Assembly (NCBI RefSeq): GCF_036321535.1
Contig: NC_087461.1
Coordinates: 4,650,001 to 4,714,000, forward strand
Source: Camelus dromedarius
Lineage: Eukaryota
Reading direction: 5' to 3'
DNA: 64,000 bases
This document shows positions 32,561 to 46,239 of this stretch, piece by piece. How positions within the stretch are numbered: the first letter of the stretch is position 1; each line of letters opens with the position of its first letter. The translations under genes were made by a program, and so were the position numbers. The notes below the pieces were generated by a model. That model had not been told where the DNA came from. It ran no database searches and saw only the letters and a program-made list of their open reading frames with translations.

Positions 32561-35500
32561 CTACTTGATATGACTAGTTTCTGCTGAGTTGGCTGCATTG
32601 ATTAAAGCCAATTAGATCATAGAGCAGGGGATCCCAACTTTTCCTACACTTAGGAGGCACTACCCGGAGCATTCGCTACCTGCCCACCTGACGTGCTCTT
32701 CTCTGATGATTTCTGCCCTGTACAGAGGTCGTGAATTTCCACACACCAACAGGTCTGTTTAACCATCCTTTGTCCACCATCCATCTTGACTCATCAACAC
32801 AAGAAAGAATTAGGAGGTCCTGTTTCATGCCAGCATTTCCACCTTCTCTGGCTTTCGGGGGGAGGGTTGGGTTGGGGCAGTTGACACAGGCAACATTTGT
32901 CACTAATATGCCTGAATTCCTCACACCTGGAGACAGACGGGACCGAATGACGGAAGCAATGTAGTTCTCCATTACTCACTTTGGAAATGCATGTGCAAAC
33001 AAACAGATTTTTTTTGGCCTCATCTGAGAGACAAGAACATGGAGATTCACGTTGTCTTTGATTTTTATCAGTAATTTATCAGATTGAGAAAATTAGTAGG
33101 ACGTATTGAGCAAGAGATGTGGAAAGATGTCACTGGCTGTTCCTTGTTCTTGCCTGTGCTGAGTAAATCATTTCATATCTTTCTGCCTAATTTTTCGTAC
33201 CTGCAGAAGTGGCCTGCCTGAGGTCATGACTTGCAGGACTTCTCCTGAATACTTTGCAGGCAGCATACAGTGGGCTCAAGAGAAACCTGGTCTAGGAGTA
33301 AGTGGAAGGTGGACTGTTAAACTTGGTGCCAGTTTTGTTCGAGGTCGTCAGGAAGCTCATTTAGAGGCTTCCGCTTTCTAGTTCATAGGCCCTCACGGCG
33401 GTGGGCGGGAAGCTTTAGGTACAGCCAGCGAGCAACTTCCTTGTGGGGCCAGCTGGTGGCAAGAGCCATTCCTTCAAACTCACTTTAGAGGCAGCAGGGC
33501 AGAAGAGAAGGAAAGGCTGAATGGCCTGTGGCGCCTGCAGATTCCTAGTATTTCCAAATAAAAGGGCATATTCATATTCCAGCCAGTTCACATAGCCCCA
33601 ACCCTGCTTCTAGAGGTCATCCCGGGGATGTGTGTGAACTATCTCTGGAAACTCGCTTCTACTGTGGCTGCAAGCAGTTTTTGTCCTAAAGGGACATCCC
33701 CAAGTGAAGGTGGAGGCATCATTTGTGTACTGTGATCGAAACGCATTTATTCAGTGAACGATCATACAAATGCAAGGTTATGCCCGTTCCACTGCAATGT
33801 GGGTTCTACTGTCTGATATGCAGGTGTATAATGAGGTAGGTTTAAAATTCCTTGCCTGGCTCCAGGATTCAGGTCCTTGTGGAAACTGGCTGAGCGTTAC
33901 ATAGAGCCCTAGCTCCTAGCATACAAATTGGGAAGAAGATAAATGAAAAGAGAAAGGGAAAAAGAAAAAGAGAAATAATAAAGGTGGTACGGTGTGCTCT
34001 CCCAGGCCCAGTGCTGGTGCTTCGCTTCTTGAAGGTATGGAGTCTCGATCTGTGGCGTGATTTTGAGTACACATTACCCACCCCATGGGGACTGGTTCCT
34101 TGTGGTCCGCGGTCCACTCTGTCCCGGGGTCACCTAATCAGCAGTGCCAAAGGATGCCTCACAGATGTCATAAAGGAAGATACCTTCCCTGAGACTCTTA
34201 CCATTTTCCTTGATTATTTGGGATGGGGTTTGGAGTCGAACAAACTCTGTTGGAGGCCTAATCATTGGAAAAACCGACTGTAGCCGAGGAGGAGGAATTC
34301 AAAGCTACAGAATTCATGGACTCAGAATGTAGAAATGCAGTCCCTGTGCTTTTGGCTGAGATTCTGGACTCGGGCTCTTTCGAGCCAAACACTGCAAAAC
34401 TTAGCACCACATAGCTTGTTTTTTGGGTTTTTTTTGTTTGTTTGTTTTTTTCAAGGCACAAGAACAGTTGCAGATGGAGACACCTCTCCACTGCATTGGT
34501 TGGAAGATGCCAGAAAAAAGCAAGAAGTTAATAGTACTGGTCAGAGGGATTATGCTGTGCTGGCAACAGTCCTGGGACATTAATTAATGTCATGTATTAG
34601 CTGTCAGCAGGTCAACATGGCTGCTCTGTTTTCGACAACTCTGTAAAGTTAAACTATGGATTCAGACCATGCCCCTAATGAAGGTCATTACTATGCCTCT
34701 TCCCGCTGGGGACACATGGGGCTCTAGGTTATATTGGCATGTAACCTGTTTCTCTAACTTTGGACAATTCTCAGTCCCCATCTTGGAGAGTCCTGGCTTT
34801 TGCTCTCTCCTTAAGCTGTTGACTTGATGGGACTTTATTAAAGTTCTCCAAAACTCACGTCCTTTAGTTTCTGGTGCTCAACTCACTGCCTCCTACCTTG
34901 AAAAGCTGTCTTAAGGCTTGTTGGAATCATCTGTGCCAAGGGTGTTGGGAAATGTGCAATTTCTTTTCATAAGGGCCATAGGAGTCACTTGAAATCAGCT
35001 TCTAATAGAGAATGTAAAAAAATTTCATGATTTTTTTTCCCCTGGGGAATTTCAAAGTCAAAGCACCCAAATCACTCTTAAACCTAAACCCACATCTGAA
35101 ATTCCCTTCAAAATCCTTTTCACTGCCCGGTGCAGAGAATGGAGGTAATTTTAGATTTGGGGAAAATAAAGTCTACCTCATTAAATTTTACCACTGGAAT
35201 TGCTATTGTTTCCTCCAGCTCTCCCGTTTATGGGTCTGACATCACCCCGAGATGAGAGACGCTTCTGTGGCACGGCTTCAAGAACCAAACGCCTCTCAGT
35301 TAGTCACAAAGTTAATAACAACACAAGAGCTGTGAAAGACGTACCCAGCTCGCTGGGACTGGAATTATAACAGCAACTTCTTGCGGTGCCGGGAGGGGAA
35401 AAGCTGAACAAACGGGCACTTGCAGGTGGATCAGGAACGCGTAGGTGACAGCTGAGCACGGCTTCATGGACACCCCGGACCCGACAGCGGCCAGTGGGTG

Positions 35501-36599
35501 GGATGGCAGATATTAACGGTTCGTTTTACCTCCTCGCAAATCCTTCCTCTCTACTCACCATTGGCTTGTCAGGAAGGCCCAGGACATTCATCTCTGACAA
35601 CCAGCTTTGGAAGGATCAGTTTCTTTTTCATTTTCTCCCTTATTTGCATCTGGGCTCATGGTGTCGAGCTGGAGGCTAAGCCCTAAAAAAGTTTGACTGA
35701 CTTACTTTCAACCCACTATCCTTTGCCGCCTCCACTCCTAGTCCCAAACCCTTTTTCTCCCCTCCGACGGTCAATGTGGAGTTTTCGTCCGTGTCCTGGG
35801 TCCATTCTGCACACGTACATAAGATAACATAAAATAAAAAGTAGAAGGCAATCTTCCTTTTACCATTAAAAATTTTAAAAAGTCGTTTTCTTTAAACTCG
35901 GTATCTGGCTCCTTTCTGGAGTAGTTGCTCTAAAAATCTGAGATTATATTTTACGTTTTTGCAGCTGCATGGCTTCAATACAGGCTTCGAATCATTTACT
36001 GGCATTTCTGACCGGACTTTTTGTTTTAATAGGTGTGTAAATGCGCTATCGAGGATGCTTTGCCATTTGCCAGAGACTCAAGTTTGTAGCTTCAGTTAAA
36101 GAGACCTGCTTCGTTGCCCCCGCCTTTCTGATTTCTTGAAAGAGAGAAACGGTTAACCTGACAGTTCCTTTGGATTTCTGTACTAAGGCTTTGACTAAAT
36201 TTATTTTCCTTGAGGTTGCTTGTGCTGAAGAGCTAAAATTCCAGCCCTCGTGACAAGACCTCTTCCCCCTTCCCCTCCCCTCCTGGCCGTGGCTTGTCTA
36301 GTGTTTTGAGTGGCTCTGACTGTTTCATTCCTATTTCTCCTCAAGCGTCACTATTACGTTGCGTCAGATTTCTCTGACCAACCTTAAGCAATGACTCCAA
36401 AATCTGACTGATGTATCCAAATGGTGCGGGGGGAGATTTTTTTTAAATCTCTGTGCGAGGACCAAGGAACTTGAATTTTAAAATCTCATTAGATGGTCCT
36501 GTGATCAGCAGGTTTGGGGGTGACTATGGAGCAGAGAGTAGGTGAGGTTGGGGTGGGGAGCCTTGGGAAATCTCCTCTCGGTACAGGGCAGGGTCTAAT

Positions 36600-36830
36600 C
36601 AGTTATTCAGTTATGTTTACATTGAATGAACACTTGCTGAATACTGACTACGTGCAGGTGCGATATCGGATGTTAGGATGCTGAGATGAATGAGGTCTAG
36701 TTCTACCCAAGAGGATCTCCTAGTCCAGTGAACAAGACAGACACACAGAGAGAGGCTTTCCCTTTAATGTGGTCATGTTAGGGCAGAGTTGTGCACGCTG
36801 TACAAGGGAGACATTTAGCTGAGCTCAAGG
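36600..36830 (-). mobile_element. L2 3' end
   Basis: AACACTTGCTGAATACTGACTACGTGCAGG...GAGATGAATGAGG..CTAGTCCAGTG. Confidence 0.65.
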
Positions 36831-37644
36831 GGGAAGAGAAAGCTCCCTGAAGAATTCACCTAATTTCAGCTCCCTCTGCTGAAAGGGCATCAGGCGTGGG
36901 TCAGCGGGAGGGGCAAAGGGACAGGTGGAGCCGGCGCGGTACATGCAGGGGAGGATGGAGGGAAGGCTGGCGGGGCGGCGCACCGGGGCCGTCTGTGGTC
37001 CATGATCGCCACATCAAATCAGGGCTTCTCAGGGTATTTCCCTTTGGAGAACGGTGCTCTCCCTAACCCCCTGCAGTCCTGGAGACCTGGAGCAATAGAC
37101 GACTTCAGTGCTGGACAGGAAACCAAAGACATTTTGCTCTTGGCTTCTACTAACTGGCACGTTTCAAGGAACAAGTCACTTACCAGAAATCTTCCAAATG
37201 GGTTACCGTTTCTTTGGGAACTCTAAGAGAGACTCGGATTTCATGAGAGAAAATAGAAATAATTTTATTAAAACCAAAAGACAATAAACCCCGTCAGTTT
37301 TCGTGGGGCTCCACCATACAGAGGGAAGGAAGCCCAGGGCATCCTCTCTATATTTTTCAAACTTAGAAAAGTTGTAAATTATAACAACGATAGCGAAAAC
37401 TGCATAGAAGTACGTAAGTTAGCGATCAATGAATTGTACAATGTGAGCAGTCTCGTCACCACACCGCAAGAGAAACGTGCTGCTTGCTTTAGAACCCCTT
37501 CCACATCCCCCATCACACACGCTTCCACATCATAAAAAGTACCATTACTCCTGCATGGTAATCACTTCCATGCGTTATAGTCTTTATCACCCAAGTGGAT
37601 GTCCCAAATCACTAAAGTTTAACTTTGCCTGTTTAAAAAATATT

Positions 37645-38340
37645 TTTAGCAGCCACTGTGGAAAACAGTATGGAGGTTCCTTAAAAAACCGAAAATAGAC
37701 TTACCATGTGATCTGGCATTCCTACTCCTGGGCATATATCCAAAGGGAACTCTAATTTGAAAAGNNNNNNNNNNNNNNNNNNNNNNNNNNNNNNNNNNNN
37801 NNNNNNNNNNNNNNNNNNNNNNNNNNNNNNNNNNNNNNNNNNNNNNNNNNNNNNNNNNNNNNNNNNNNNNNNNNNNNNNNNNNNNNNNNNNNNNNNNNNN
37901 NNNNNNNNNNNNNNNNNNNNNNNNNNNNNNNNNNNNNNCAGAAATTATCATACTAAGGGAAGTTAAGTCAGACAAAGACAAGTATTATATGATATCACTT
38001 ATATGTGGAATTAAAAAATAGTCAAATGAACTTATTATAATACAGAGATAGACTCACAGACAAAACAAACTTATGGTTACCAAAGGGTAAGGGGGGTAGG
38101 GAGAAATTGGGAGTAGGGGATTCCCTGATGCACATTACTATATATAAAATAGATAAACAACAGGGACCTACTGTGTAGCACAGGGAACTATATTCAATGT
38201 CTTGTAATAAACTATAATGGAAAAGAATAGGAAAAAAGAATACAGGCATATACACATATGTATAACCGAATTACTTAGCTGTACATCTGAAACTAACACA
38301 ATATTGTAAATCAACTATACTTCAATAAAAAAGAAAATAA
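37645..38340 (+). mobile_element. LINE-1 3' portion with internal gap
   Basis: CAGCCACTGTGGAAAACAGTATGGAGGTTCCTTAAAAAAC...GTAAATCAACTATACTTCAATAAAAAAG. Confidence 0.95.
37765..37938. other. Assembly gap (174 N)
   Basis: Run of n. Confidence 1.
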
Positions 38341-39464
38341 AAACTAACTTTTTAAATACATGTCTTTTGAACTGCGGGGAGTTTTAAAAGCTCATCGAGT
38401 CAACTTCCACCTGAGCCCACGGAGAACAGAGAAACACTCATGAGCAGACTGACAGCCGGTGCTGATGTGGTTTGTGAATCAGATCACGATGAAGCGGGGA
38501 GCGTGGAATTATGGGAGGATCTGGGGTGGGGGCGGGTGTCTCCCAGCAGGCAGGAGGTGCTGCCCCACTGCTGTCACTGTTGTCTACCCTGGTGTCCCCT
38601 GCCTGCCGTCAACGGGCAATGGAAAGAGGAGAGGGCTGGGGCAGCTCCCCGCTCACCCCTGTGAGGACCGCTGCAGGAGACGCCCTGTCAGCCCACGGCG
38701 TCTGTGTGTCACATGGTGCCACCTTCGCTGTCTCAGACCTTGACCTAACACCCACGGGGCCCTCGGCTGGAGGGGAGGGAGACTTGGAAAGTGCCAGCCC
38801 TCACACCCAAGCCGTTGCCCTTCCTGTTGAAGAAAAGATGTGAACACAGAGGGGAGGATGAGAGGAAATTAGGCAAAATACTAGAGAAAAAAAAAAAAAG
38901 CCAGACAAGTTTTTGTGGTGGGGATGGCAGCTCTGAGAAAAGTTCAGGAAATGGAAGTGAGAACCGGATTTATTATAAAAGGGCATTTCAGACCACGGGC
39001 AGCCCTTCAAGCTGAACCTGCTGAGTTTGGATGTTCATTTTCTTTCCTTAAAAAAAAAAGTTTCTGGCTGTCGCTGAGCTACGTGGCTCAGAGGGGGAGC
39101 GGCTACAAACGCAAGAGGGAAAGGAAACACGCGGGTCCGCATACCAGGCCTGTGTTCTCTCTGTGTGGGCAGAAGGGTTTACGATTGGTTTTTTTTATTT
39201 TATACATCATTAAAATGCTTTGGCTTTTCCCCCAGGTCAGCATGCTTTTATAAAGTTAACGAGAAAGGGAAACACTAAAGAAAAATAAAATTCTGCTTTA
39301 TTTGTAGCAAGGTGCTGCGGAAAGCTGGGACCTTGCTTTCTCTGGCAATGCCTTTGTGTGAGGCGTGGCTTCTCCTAGAAACTCAGTTTTGAAACCCCAG
39401 GAATGAGACCTTTCCAGCCTACAGTCAAAAGTCTGAGAGGTCCTGTGATTCTGAGAGCATATCC

Positions 39465-39620
39465 TTTCTGTGGCCTTGGGCCAGGCACTTTGCCGTTGGG
39501 AGCCTCAGTTTCCCCCTCTGTAAAATGGGATAATAGTCCTTAATTACTTCACGGGGCTGAGGTAGGGATTAATTAGTTGATGTTTGTAAACGGCTTGGAA
39601 GCCAGAAAACGCTACAGCAG
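39465..39620 (+). mobile_element. MIR SINE
   Basis: TGTGGCCTTGGGCCAGGCACTT...GAGCCTCAGTTTCCCCCTCTGTAAAATGGGATAATAG. Confidence 0.85.
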
Positions 39621-40464
39621 GGCTAATAATTATTAATAATACATTTCAATCCAGTTAATAATTGCATTTGCTTGCTCACATTTCCCCAGTAGTTTCAGCT
39701 GGTGACTTTATTTCTCAGCTTCACTCAATGAAAAGAAATTGGCAGAAACAGCTCTGGTCTTCATCATGAAGATGGGCACTTATCTGCTGTGGGTGATGGA
39801 ACGTCTTCCCTAGGCTTTCTGTGGGAGATTCTGGAAAATACCAGATGCCGTGGAAAGAGCTGGGATAGTGAAGCAGGTTTGCAAATGAAGAAAACGCTAG
39901 TTTAAAAAAGCACAAGATGAGAATCAAGCAGACCTGGGAGGGAACCACTTTCCAGAATTGATTCAATTCCTATGTTCTGGACTGAACCACAAAGCAGTTT
40001 ATCTGTTGTCTGCCCGGGGTTGTTTTTTTCGCTTTGGTCCCTTTTTCTGGCCTCCGCCCTCTTCCTGTGCTGGGTCATTTCAGGGTGTGTTGGCGTGTGC
40101 AGTGTGTGTGTGTTTTTAAAATCTCTCGTTTGATCCTGTCTACCTGCTCCTTTCCTTTATATTAACTCCAAGAAGCAGTTTTGCATCGTTGAACGCTGAC
40201 CTTGCAAATTGAGATGAAAACCTCAGGGCGATGACGTCACCGCGAGGCCCCTGGTCCATGGCAGGGGTTCAGCAAATATCTGTGTCTTGGAGACTTCCCG
40301 GGTCCCTGCTACTGAACGTCTAGTAAGTGAGGTCATCACTGCCCAGGTGATGTCCAGCTTCTTCCAAAGCAGGTGTCCAGACCTCCCTTCGGTTGGGTGT
40401 GCATTTGGCATGTTTTCCCCAAAGAGACGTCTGTTTGCTCTAATGTAGCCACACGCTCCGTCAC

Positions 40465-40620
40465 TGGTTCTCCCAAAGAACACCCCGCACCAGCGACATC
40501 AGCATCCCCTGGGAACTGGTTAGCAATGCAGACTCTCAGGCCCCAGCCCCATCATGGGCCCAGCGATCTGCATTCCACCAAGCCCCTCAGCTGACTGTTC
40601 TGGCTTCAAGTCTCAGAACC
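40465..40620 (+). mobile_element. MER5-type hAT MITE
   Basis: CATCAGCATCCCCTGGGAACTGGTTAGCAATGCAGACTCTCAGGCCCCA. Confidence 0.75.
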
Positions 40621-41346
40621 AGAGGTCGACGTCAGTCCTCTCTTGTTGGGGGACAGCTCCAGGGGTGCCGGGTTGCTGTCTACAGACATGCGACTGAGCC
40701 AGGGATCACAGAAGCCATGCTGCACTCCGGGCCTTTACAGCTGAGGTGCAGTTTTGCCTGGAAAATCGGAATGATTGCCTGGCGGTTGCTAGGGAATTGA
40801 GAAGGCAAGCTCAGGCTGCTTTTCTAGCATCACCTTCCAGAATCCTACCCATGCTTCCAGACCCTACGACAGCCCACCTTACCCTGGCAGCCTGCCCAGC
40901 CTGGTCCAGGCCCTTCCCTCTGACTGTCTCGAGCTCTCATCCACTCTCAGGGACGCTTCTACATACCTGGCCTCGTGACTTCGCTGTAATTCGATGCTGG
41001 TCATGACTTCTTGGGTCAGTTGGACGGTCCACCACGAGAGATGCAGTGTCTTCACATTTTTGGCTTCTCACGGCGACTCTCCTGGTGCTGATTTATGCAG
41101 CCTGTGCTCAGCGGGGGGTTTGGTGCTGGGTTCCTCCAGACCTGTGAACTTGAGGTCGCTGTCATTTCCAGACAGAGACATGCAGGCGATCAGGAAACAG
41201 GGGTGAGAACTGAAGACAGGACCATCCCCACTTGAGGCAAATGTATTTGGGTGTCAAACATCAAGTTTTCGTCTGCTTGGCAGGAACTTTGTGAAAACCT
41301 GACATAACTGCAGTCACCCAGTGAACTCTGAATTATAAACTTCCGT

Positions 41347-41520
41347 TTCTTTTTTTTTATTGACGTGTAGCTGATTTACAACGTTGTGTTAGTTTCTGAG
41401 TGCAGTGTAGTGATTCAGTCCTACATCTGTATGTTCTTTTTCATATTCCTTTTCGTTGTAGGTTATTATAAGTTGTGGAATAACCTGGGTTGTAGAGGAG
41501 GACCTTGCTTATCTAAATAT
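41347..41520 (-). mobile_element. Short L1 3' end
   Basis: TTTTTTTTATTGACGTGTAGCTGATTTACAACGTTGTGTTAGTTTCT. Confidence 0.85.
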
Positions 41521-42228
41521 ATTTTTTTAAGGGCCATGCTGACTTCATGTGAGGCACTGGAATGATTCTGAAAATAGATGTAATCCTCACGGCAACTCTG
41601 AAGTGTAGTAATCCCCAATGAATATCCCCGATTTGGTAGCGCATTTCGTCTGATTTACGCAGCGAGCAAGAAATCACCAACGTTTTTCTGAACGCTCGCC
41701 ACACGCTAAGGTTTTCTGCATCTCGCTTGCTGGCGCCCGGAAGCCCTCCGCTGAAGTTCCTTGACTTTGGGAAAGGCTGTGATTTAATTGTGAGAACACT
41801 TGGTTTCCTTCAGCAGATTCTCAGGTTGATTGGAGTCATTCAAGCCTAAGGGCCTGACACTGCCCTCCGCAAAGGATAAACTGCAGCCCCAGTGACGGGG
41901 CCGGTTTCATTTGCTCGACGTCTCCCGTTGGCAGGGCTCCGGGTGCTGTGCAATCTCGAGTTGATAGACTGCGGATAACAGTAATTAGGGTCTTCAAAGG
42001 ACTTGGCAAACACTCATTAGCAGCTCTCCAGGAGGAAGCAGGGAAGGAGAGGAGTAAATGACATGGGACCGTCCCATTCTGCAGAGATGGGAAATCAAGG
42101 CAGACAAATGAGATGCCTGGCTTACCACCACGTTCTGAAGACTGAGTTTAAAGCAGAGGTGGCTTACTTTCCCATACATCTGGCAAGTCCCCAGAAAGAC
42201 CCAGCTTTCCGTTGTCCATCAGGGTTTC

Positions 42229-42425
42229 TCACCCTCTGTACTTCTGATATTTAGGGCCAGAAAATTTTTGGTGTGTGGGTGGGTGGGGGGTGGTCCTGTG
42301 CATTGTAGGATGTTTAGAAGTGTCCCTGGCCCCTAACCACTCAATGCCAGCAGCATCTGCCGCCCACAGACATTGGCAGATGTCCCCCCTGGGGATGAGG
42401 GCAGAATCACTCCAGCTGTGAACTG
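42229..42425 (+). mobile_element. MER20 (hAT-Charlie)
   Basis: CAGGGTTTCTCACCCTC...GGTCCTGTGCATTGTAGGATGTTTAG...CACAGACATTGGCAGATGTCCCCCTGGG. Confidence 0.85.
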
Positions 42426-43689
42426 CGCCTTTATACTAAATATGTGAAATTAGCGTCCTGTGTGACAAGACCTCTCACGGTCGTTATAATCTGCTGAGCA
42501 TTGGCTCGCATTCCACAAACGACAGCATCACTTTTCTGGAGAGCTCGCTTCCTCGGCGAGGCTCAACCACCCACAAGGTGGATGGGAGAACATTTTAAAT
42601 AGAAAAGTCTTACAGAGTGGCCAGTGGCTGTGCTTTGTCTTAGGACTGAAACTCACACACCCTCCCTTCCTATTGGAAAGCAGTGCTATGATTTTAGAGA
42701 CCGCCGTAGAGGTGAGAGATGTCAGGAATCTTTGTCCTTTGAGCATCACTCCACTGCCCCAGCACTGGGGCTTGTCGGGAGCCAGGTATTCCAAGAAGGC
42801 TGAGCCACCTGGAGGCCCCTGAGCATCTTGCTTCCTCCTTGAATAGGACTTGTGTTGGAAATTTATGTCGTGGTACGTGAGGTTCAGAAAGTAGCCACCT
42901 GGGCTTGTCTGGGGCTCACCTGCGATGGAGCCAGGCCATAGCAAGAGGTAAAAGGCAGGAGGGTATGGCTGTGACCACAAATGGGCTGGAAGGACTGTCC
43001 AGCTTACAGACGGGAGGGTTAACTCGGAGGCACCGTGCTCGCAGTTGCTGGTGAATCCTGTGGCGAATGTGTCAAATGAGTAACTTTGTACTTAGCACCA
43101 AGTGGCATTTTCCTGATGGGCGTCTGTCTGCGGGGGCAGGGCGGCTTTGAGAAGCAGGGGGGCTTTCCGACGAGGTCAGGAAGGACAAGAATCTTCCCCA
43201 GGAGGGGGGTCCAGGGGGGCTGTTTCTACCCAGGTGTTTTTTCCCAGATCCTCGAGACTAAAACCACTCAGAAGGCCCCATTACTCAGTTCAAGGTGAGT
43301 TCCCGTCAAGAATGGTTTCTGTGGTGTGCAGGAGGGTCCCGGGCGCGTCTACATCTTGACCTCTCAGCTTGGGTTTGTCCTCTTCTTGGACTTTGCAGAA
43401 AGGAAAGGCAGCTTTGCTCTTGTCACCTTTTTTCCTCTCCTGGAGGGAAGATGTCAGAGGGCCCTTCTGTGGAACCAGAAACTACATTCTCCTGGGGCAC
43501 AACTGGGCTCGGAGTCGGGCTGGGGGTGCAGTCGGAGGGACCAGATTTCTCAGCATCAAAAGATTTCCGGGACTAAAAGTGATGGCTTGTCTGACTTTTC
43601 AAAGTGCCTGGCGAGTGTATCACACATTTCCAGGTGGCGGCATATTTAACTTCACCAGTGAAAATAAGACCGGAATCACACCATGAAAG

Positions 43690-44315
43690 GAAACAGGATT
43701 ATGAAGATGTAACGGACACGCAATAAACCGTTCAGGTTGAGAGTGTGCAGTTTGATAGGCTTTGCCGTATGTGCACACCCACAAAACCATCCATGAAAAT
43801 AGTACACGTAGTCCGCCCCCAAACTTTCCTCATGTCCCTTTATAATCCTCCCTCTTCCCGCCCCCATCCTTAGGCAACCAGTGATCTGATTTCCGTTGCT
43901 ATGGGTTAGTTTGCAATTTTTGGAATTCTGTCAATGGAATCGTACAGCATTGTACCCTTTTGTCTCGCTCTTTTCACTCAGCCTAATGATTGTGGGATTC
44001 ATCCCTGTGGAGAGCATCGAGAGTCCACTTTTTTTTGGTTGCTAAGTGGCGTTCCCTTGCATGAATACACCGCTGTTTTTTATGCATTCACCTGCTGACG
44101 GCCATTTGAGTTGTTTCCAGTTGGGGGCTATTATAAATCAAGTTGTAATGAACGTACAAGTCTTTGTGTGGCTGTTTATGCTTTCCCTTGGGTAAATATT
44201 TTTTTATTTGGGTAAACACCTAGGAGTGGAACAGATACATCAAAAGATAGGTGTCTGTTTAACTTTGTAAGAAAGTGCCAAACTGTTTTCCATGGTGACT
44301 GTAGCATCTGACAGT
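43690..44315 (-). mobile_element. Old L1MB7/8-like 3' end
   Basis: CTTAGGCAACCAGTGATCTGATTTC...AATGGAATCGTACAG...GGCCATTTGAGTTGTTTCCAGTTGGGGGCTATTATAAAT. Confidence 0.8.
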
Positions 44316-45824
44316 CAGGGACCACATTTAACCTTTTTTGCAAGGGAGCAGGTAGCTCTGATGACTATATGCAAGGCAGTAAAAAATGCTTGCTGACTTG
44401 GAGTGCAAGGACCTTCTCGATGTCTGTCTGGAAGTTCCGGGGTAAGGACTGTCTGTAGCAGCTAGATCGCTAGCCAGCCTTCCTGCCTCTTTCTCCTTTA
44501 CGGGGGAATGCATTTCGTGGTACCTATGTCTGCAAGAAGAAATGGTCACAATCATTTAACAAATACCCCTAAAGCTCCTCTAGAGAGAAAAATTCCTCCT
44601 AAAGAGGCAGATCTGGAAACAAAAAATAATTTGACAATCATTCCTTTATTCGAGACTTGGAATTTGACGTGATTGGCGTATTCAGGCCTTGGTTGGTAGG
44701 TTGGTTAAACACCCCGGATTTCATATAGAGCATTAGAACTCTGACACAAGAAAAAAACATAGGCGAATCACAATTAAAATAGAAGCAAATTTCCCCAAGT
44801 GACACAAGAAAGATCCCTTCACATTCCCAAGAGAGCAAGTTAGTGTAACACCTTGACTGGTCTTCGTATGGGATCCATCTGGCCAGAAAAGTAAAAGGAT
44901 GTGGTGCTGCTGGATGTGAGGCCTGGATTTCTAGCTGTGTCTCATTAAAATGCAGTATCTCAGAAGTCTGAATGAGGGCACCAGGCCTGGGTCTGAATGC
45001 ACAATACAGATTCACCCCTCACGTGTCAGCATTCATAGCAGAGATTCCAGGTGACACACGGGCCCAGCAAGGCCCGCTTGGATGGGTGGGCGAGGCTGGA
45101 GCTGGGCCCGGGCCTCACAGGCAGGGATGGAAGAGGCGTTTCCTCTTTCTTTTTTCTGAATAAAGAGGAGGTGAAGGGTTCAGGTCTCTCTGTGTTTTTC
45201 AAGGAAAGAAGAAATAGAATTCTTCTGCCAACCCTGAACCAACACTTTGGCTCAGCTCTTGATTCTGAGGGGCACAGGAACCAGATTTTAGATAAAGAAG
45301 AGACGTTTCTGTTACCTTGCAGGGCAGGAAATGGGTTTTGGTCCTGGGATTCCTCCTCTGAGTGTGTGGGCGTCACCATTTCCTGTTTCTTTTTTTCTTC
45401 CTCTCTCTCTTTCTTTTTTTTTCTTTAAGCTTTTACCTTTAGAAAATAGACCTAATGCCCTGAATTTTTGTTTTTGGTAAATTATAATATAGACTTCCAA
45501 GTTCGGCTTCATTTCCTGGATCTCGGAAAGACCATTTAGAATCCACTCCTTATTTAGTGTGTCAAGTGTACGATGCAACATGCTTTTTCCTCGCAGATGA
45601 ACACCGTCAGGTTGTTCAGCTCAGAGGACAGTTTTACCCGGCTGCTACAGTAAACACACACTGGCAGCTGTGGTTTGTCACGGATTCCACAAAGAGAGAT
45701 AAGTGATAGAGATCAAACCATGTTATTATTATTATTATTATTTAATAGCATCTCCATTTTTTTTCTAAACAAGAAACACTGCATCATTGCCTTGAAAAGT
45801 GCCCTTTTCAAAGGCACTATTTTG

Positions 45825-45876
45825 TTTTTCTTTCTTTCTTTTGTTCTTTCTTTCTTTCTCACCCCCCCTTTCTTTC

Positions 45877-45909
<33 letters not shown>

Positions 45910-45912
45910 TTC
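45825..45912. repeat. (TTTC)n/(TC)n polypyrimidine tract
   Basis: Directly visible. Confidence 0.85.
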
Positions 45913-45999
45913 AGAGTTATACTTTTCTCACCTAGGCTTCAATGCGAGAATGTGTCAGAGTCATCCAGTACTATGAATTCCCTCAGTGTGCACAGGGCT

Positions 46000-46140
46000 G
46001 GTTAAAACACGGATTGCTGGGCTCCATGCCAATAATTTCTGATTTGGTAGATTGGGGTGGGGCCCAATAATGTGCATTTCCAACATGTTCTCAGGTGCTG
46101 CTGCTGCTGGCCCAGGGACCATCCTCTGAGAACCACTAGT
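46000..46140 (-). mobile_element. MER5-type hAT MITE
   Basis: GGGGTGGGGCCCAATAATGTGCATTTCCAACATGTTCTCAGGTG.TGCTG.TGCTGCTGG...TGAGAACCACTAG. Confidence 0.8.
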
Positions 46141-46239
46141 CTAAATGTAATGACGGTCACACTGAGGGGCCGGGGCTCTAGGTTGTAAAGTCCTAGGAAA
46201 TGAAATTTCAACACGATGATTTCTTGGGGATTGCTGAAT

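Noticed and set aside
34576-34591. Perfect 16-bp palindrome GACATTAATTAATGTC
   Set aside because: About one 8-bp-arm palindrome is expected per 65 kb, more in AT-rich DNA
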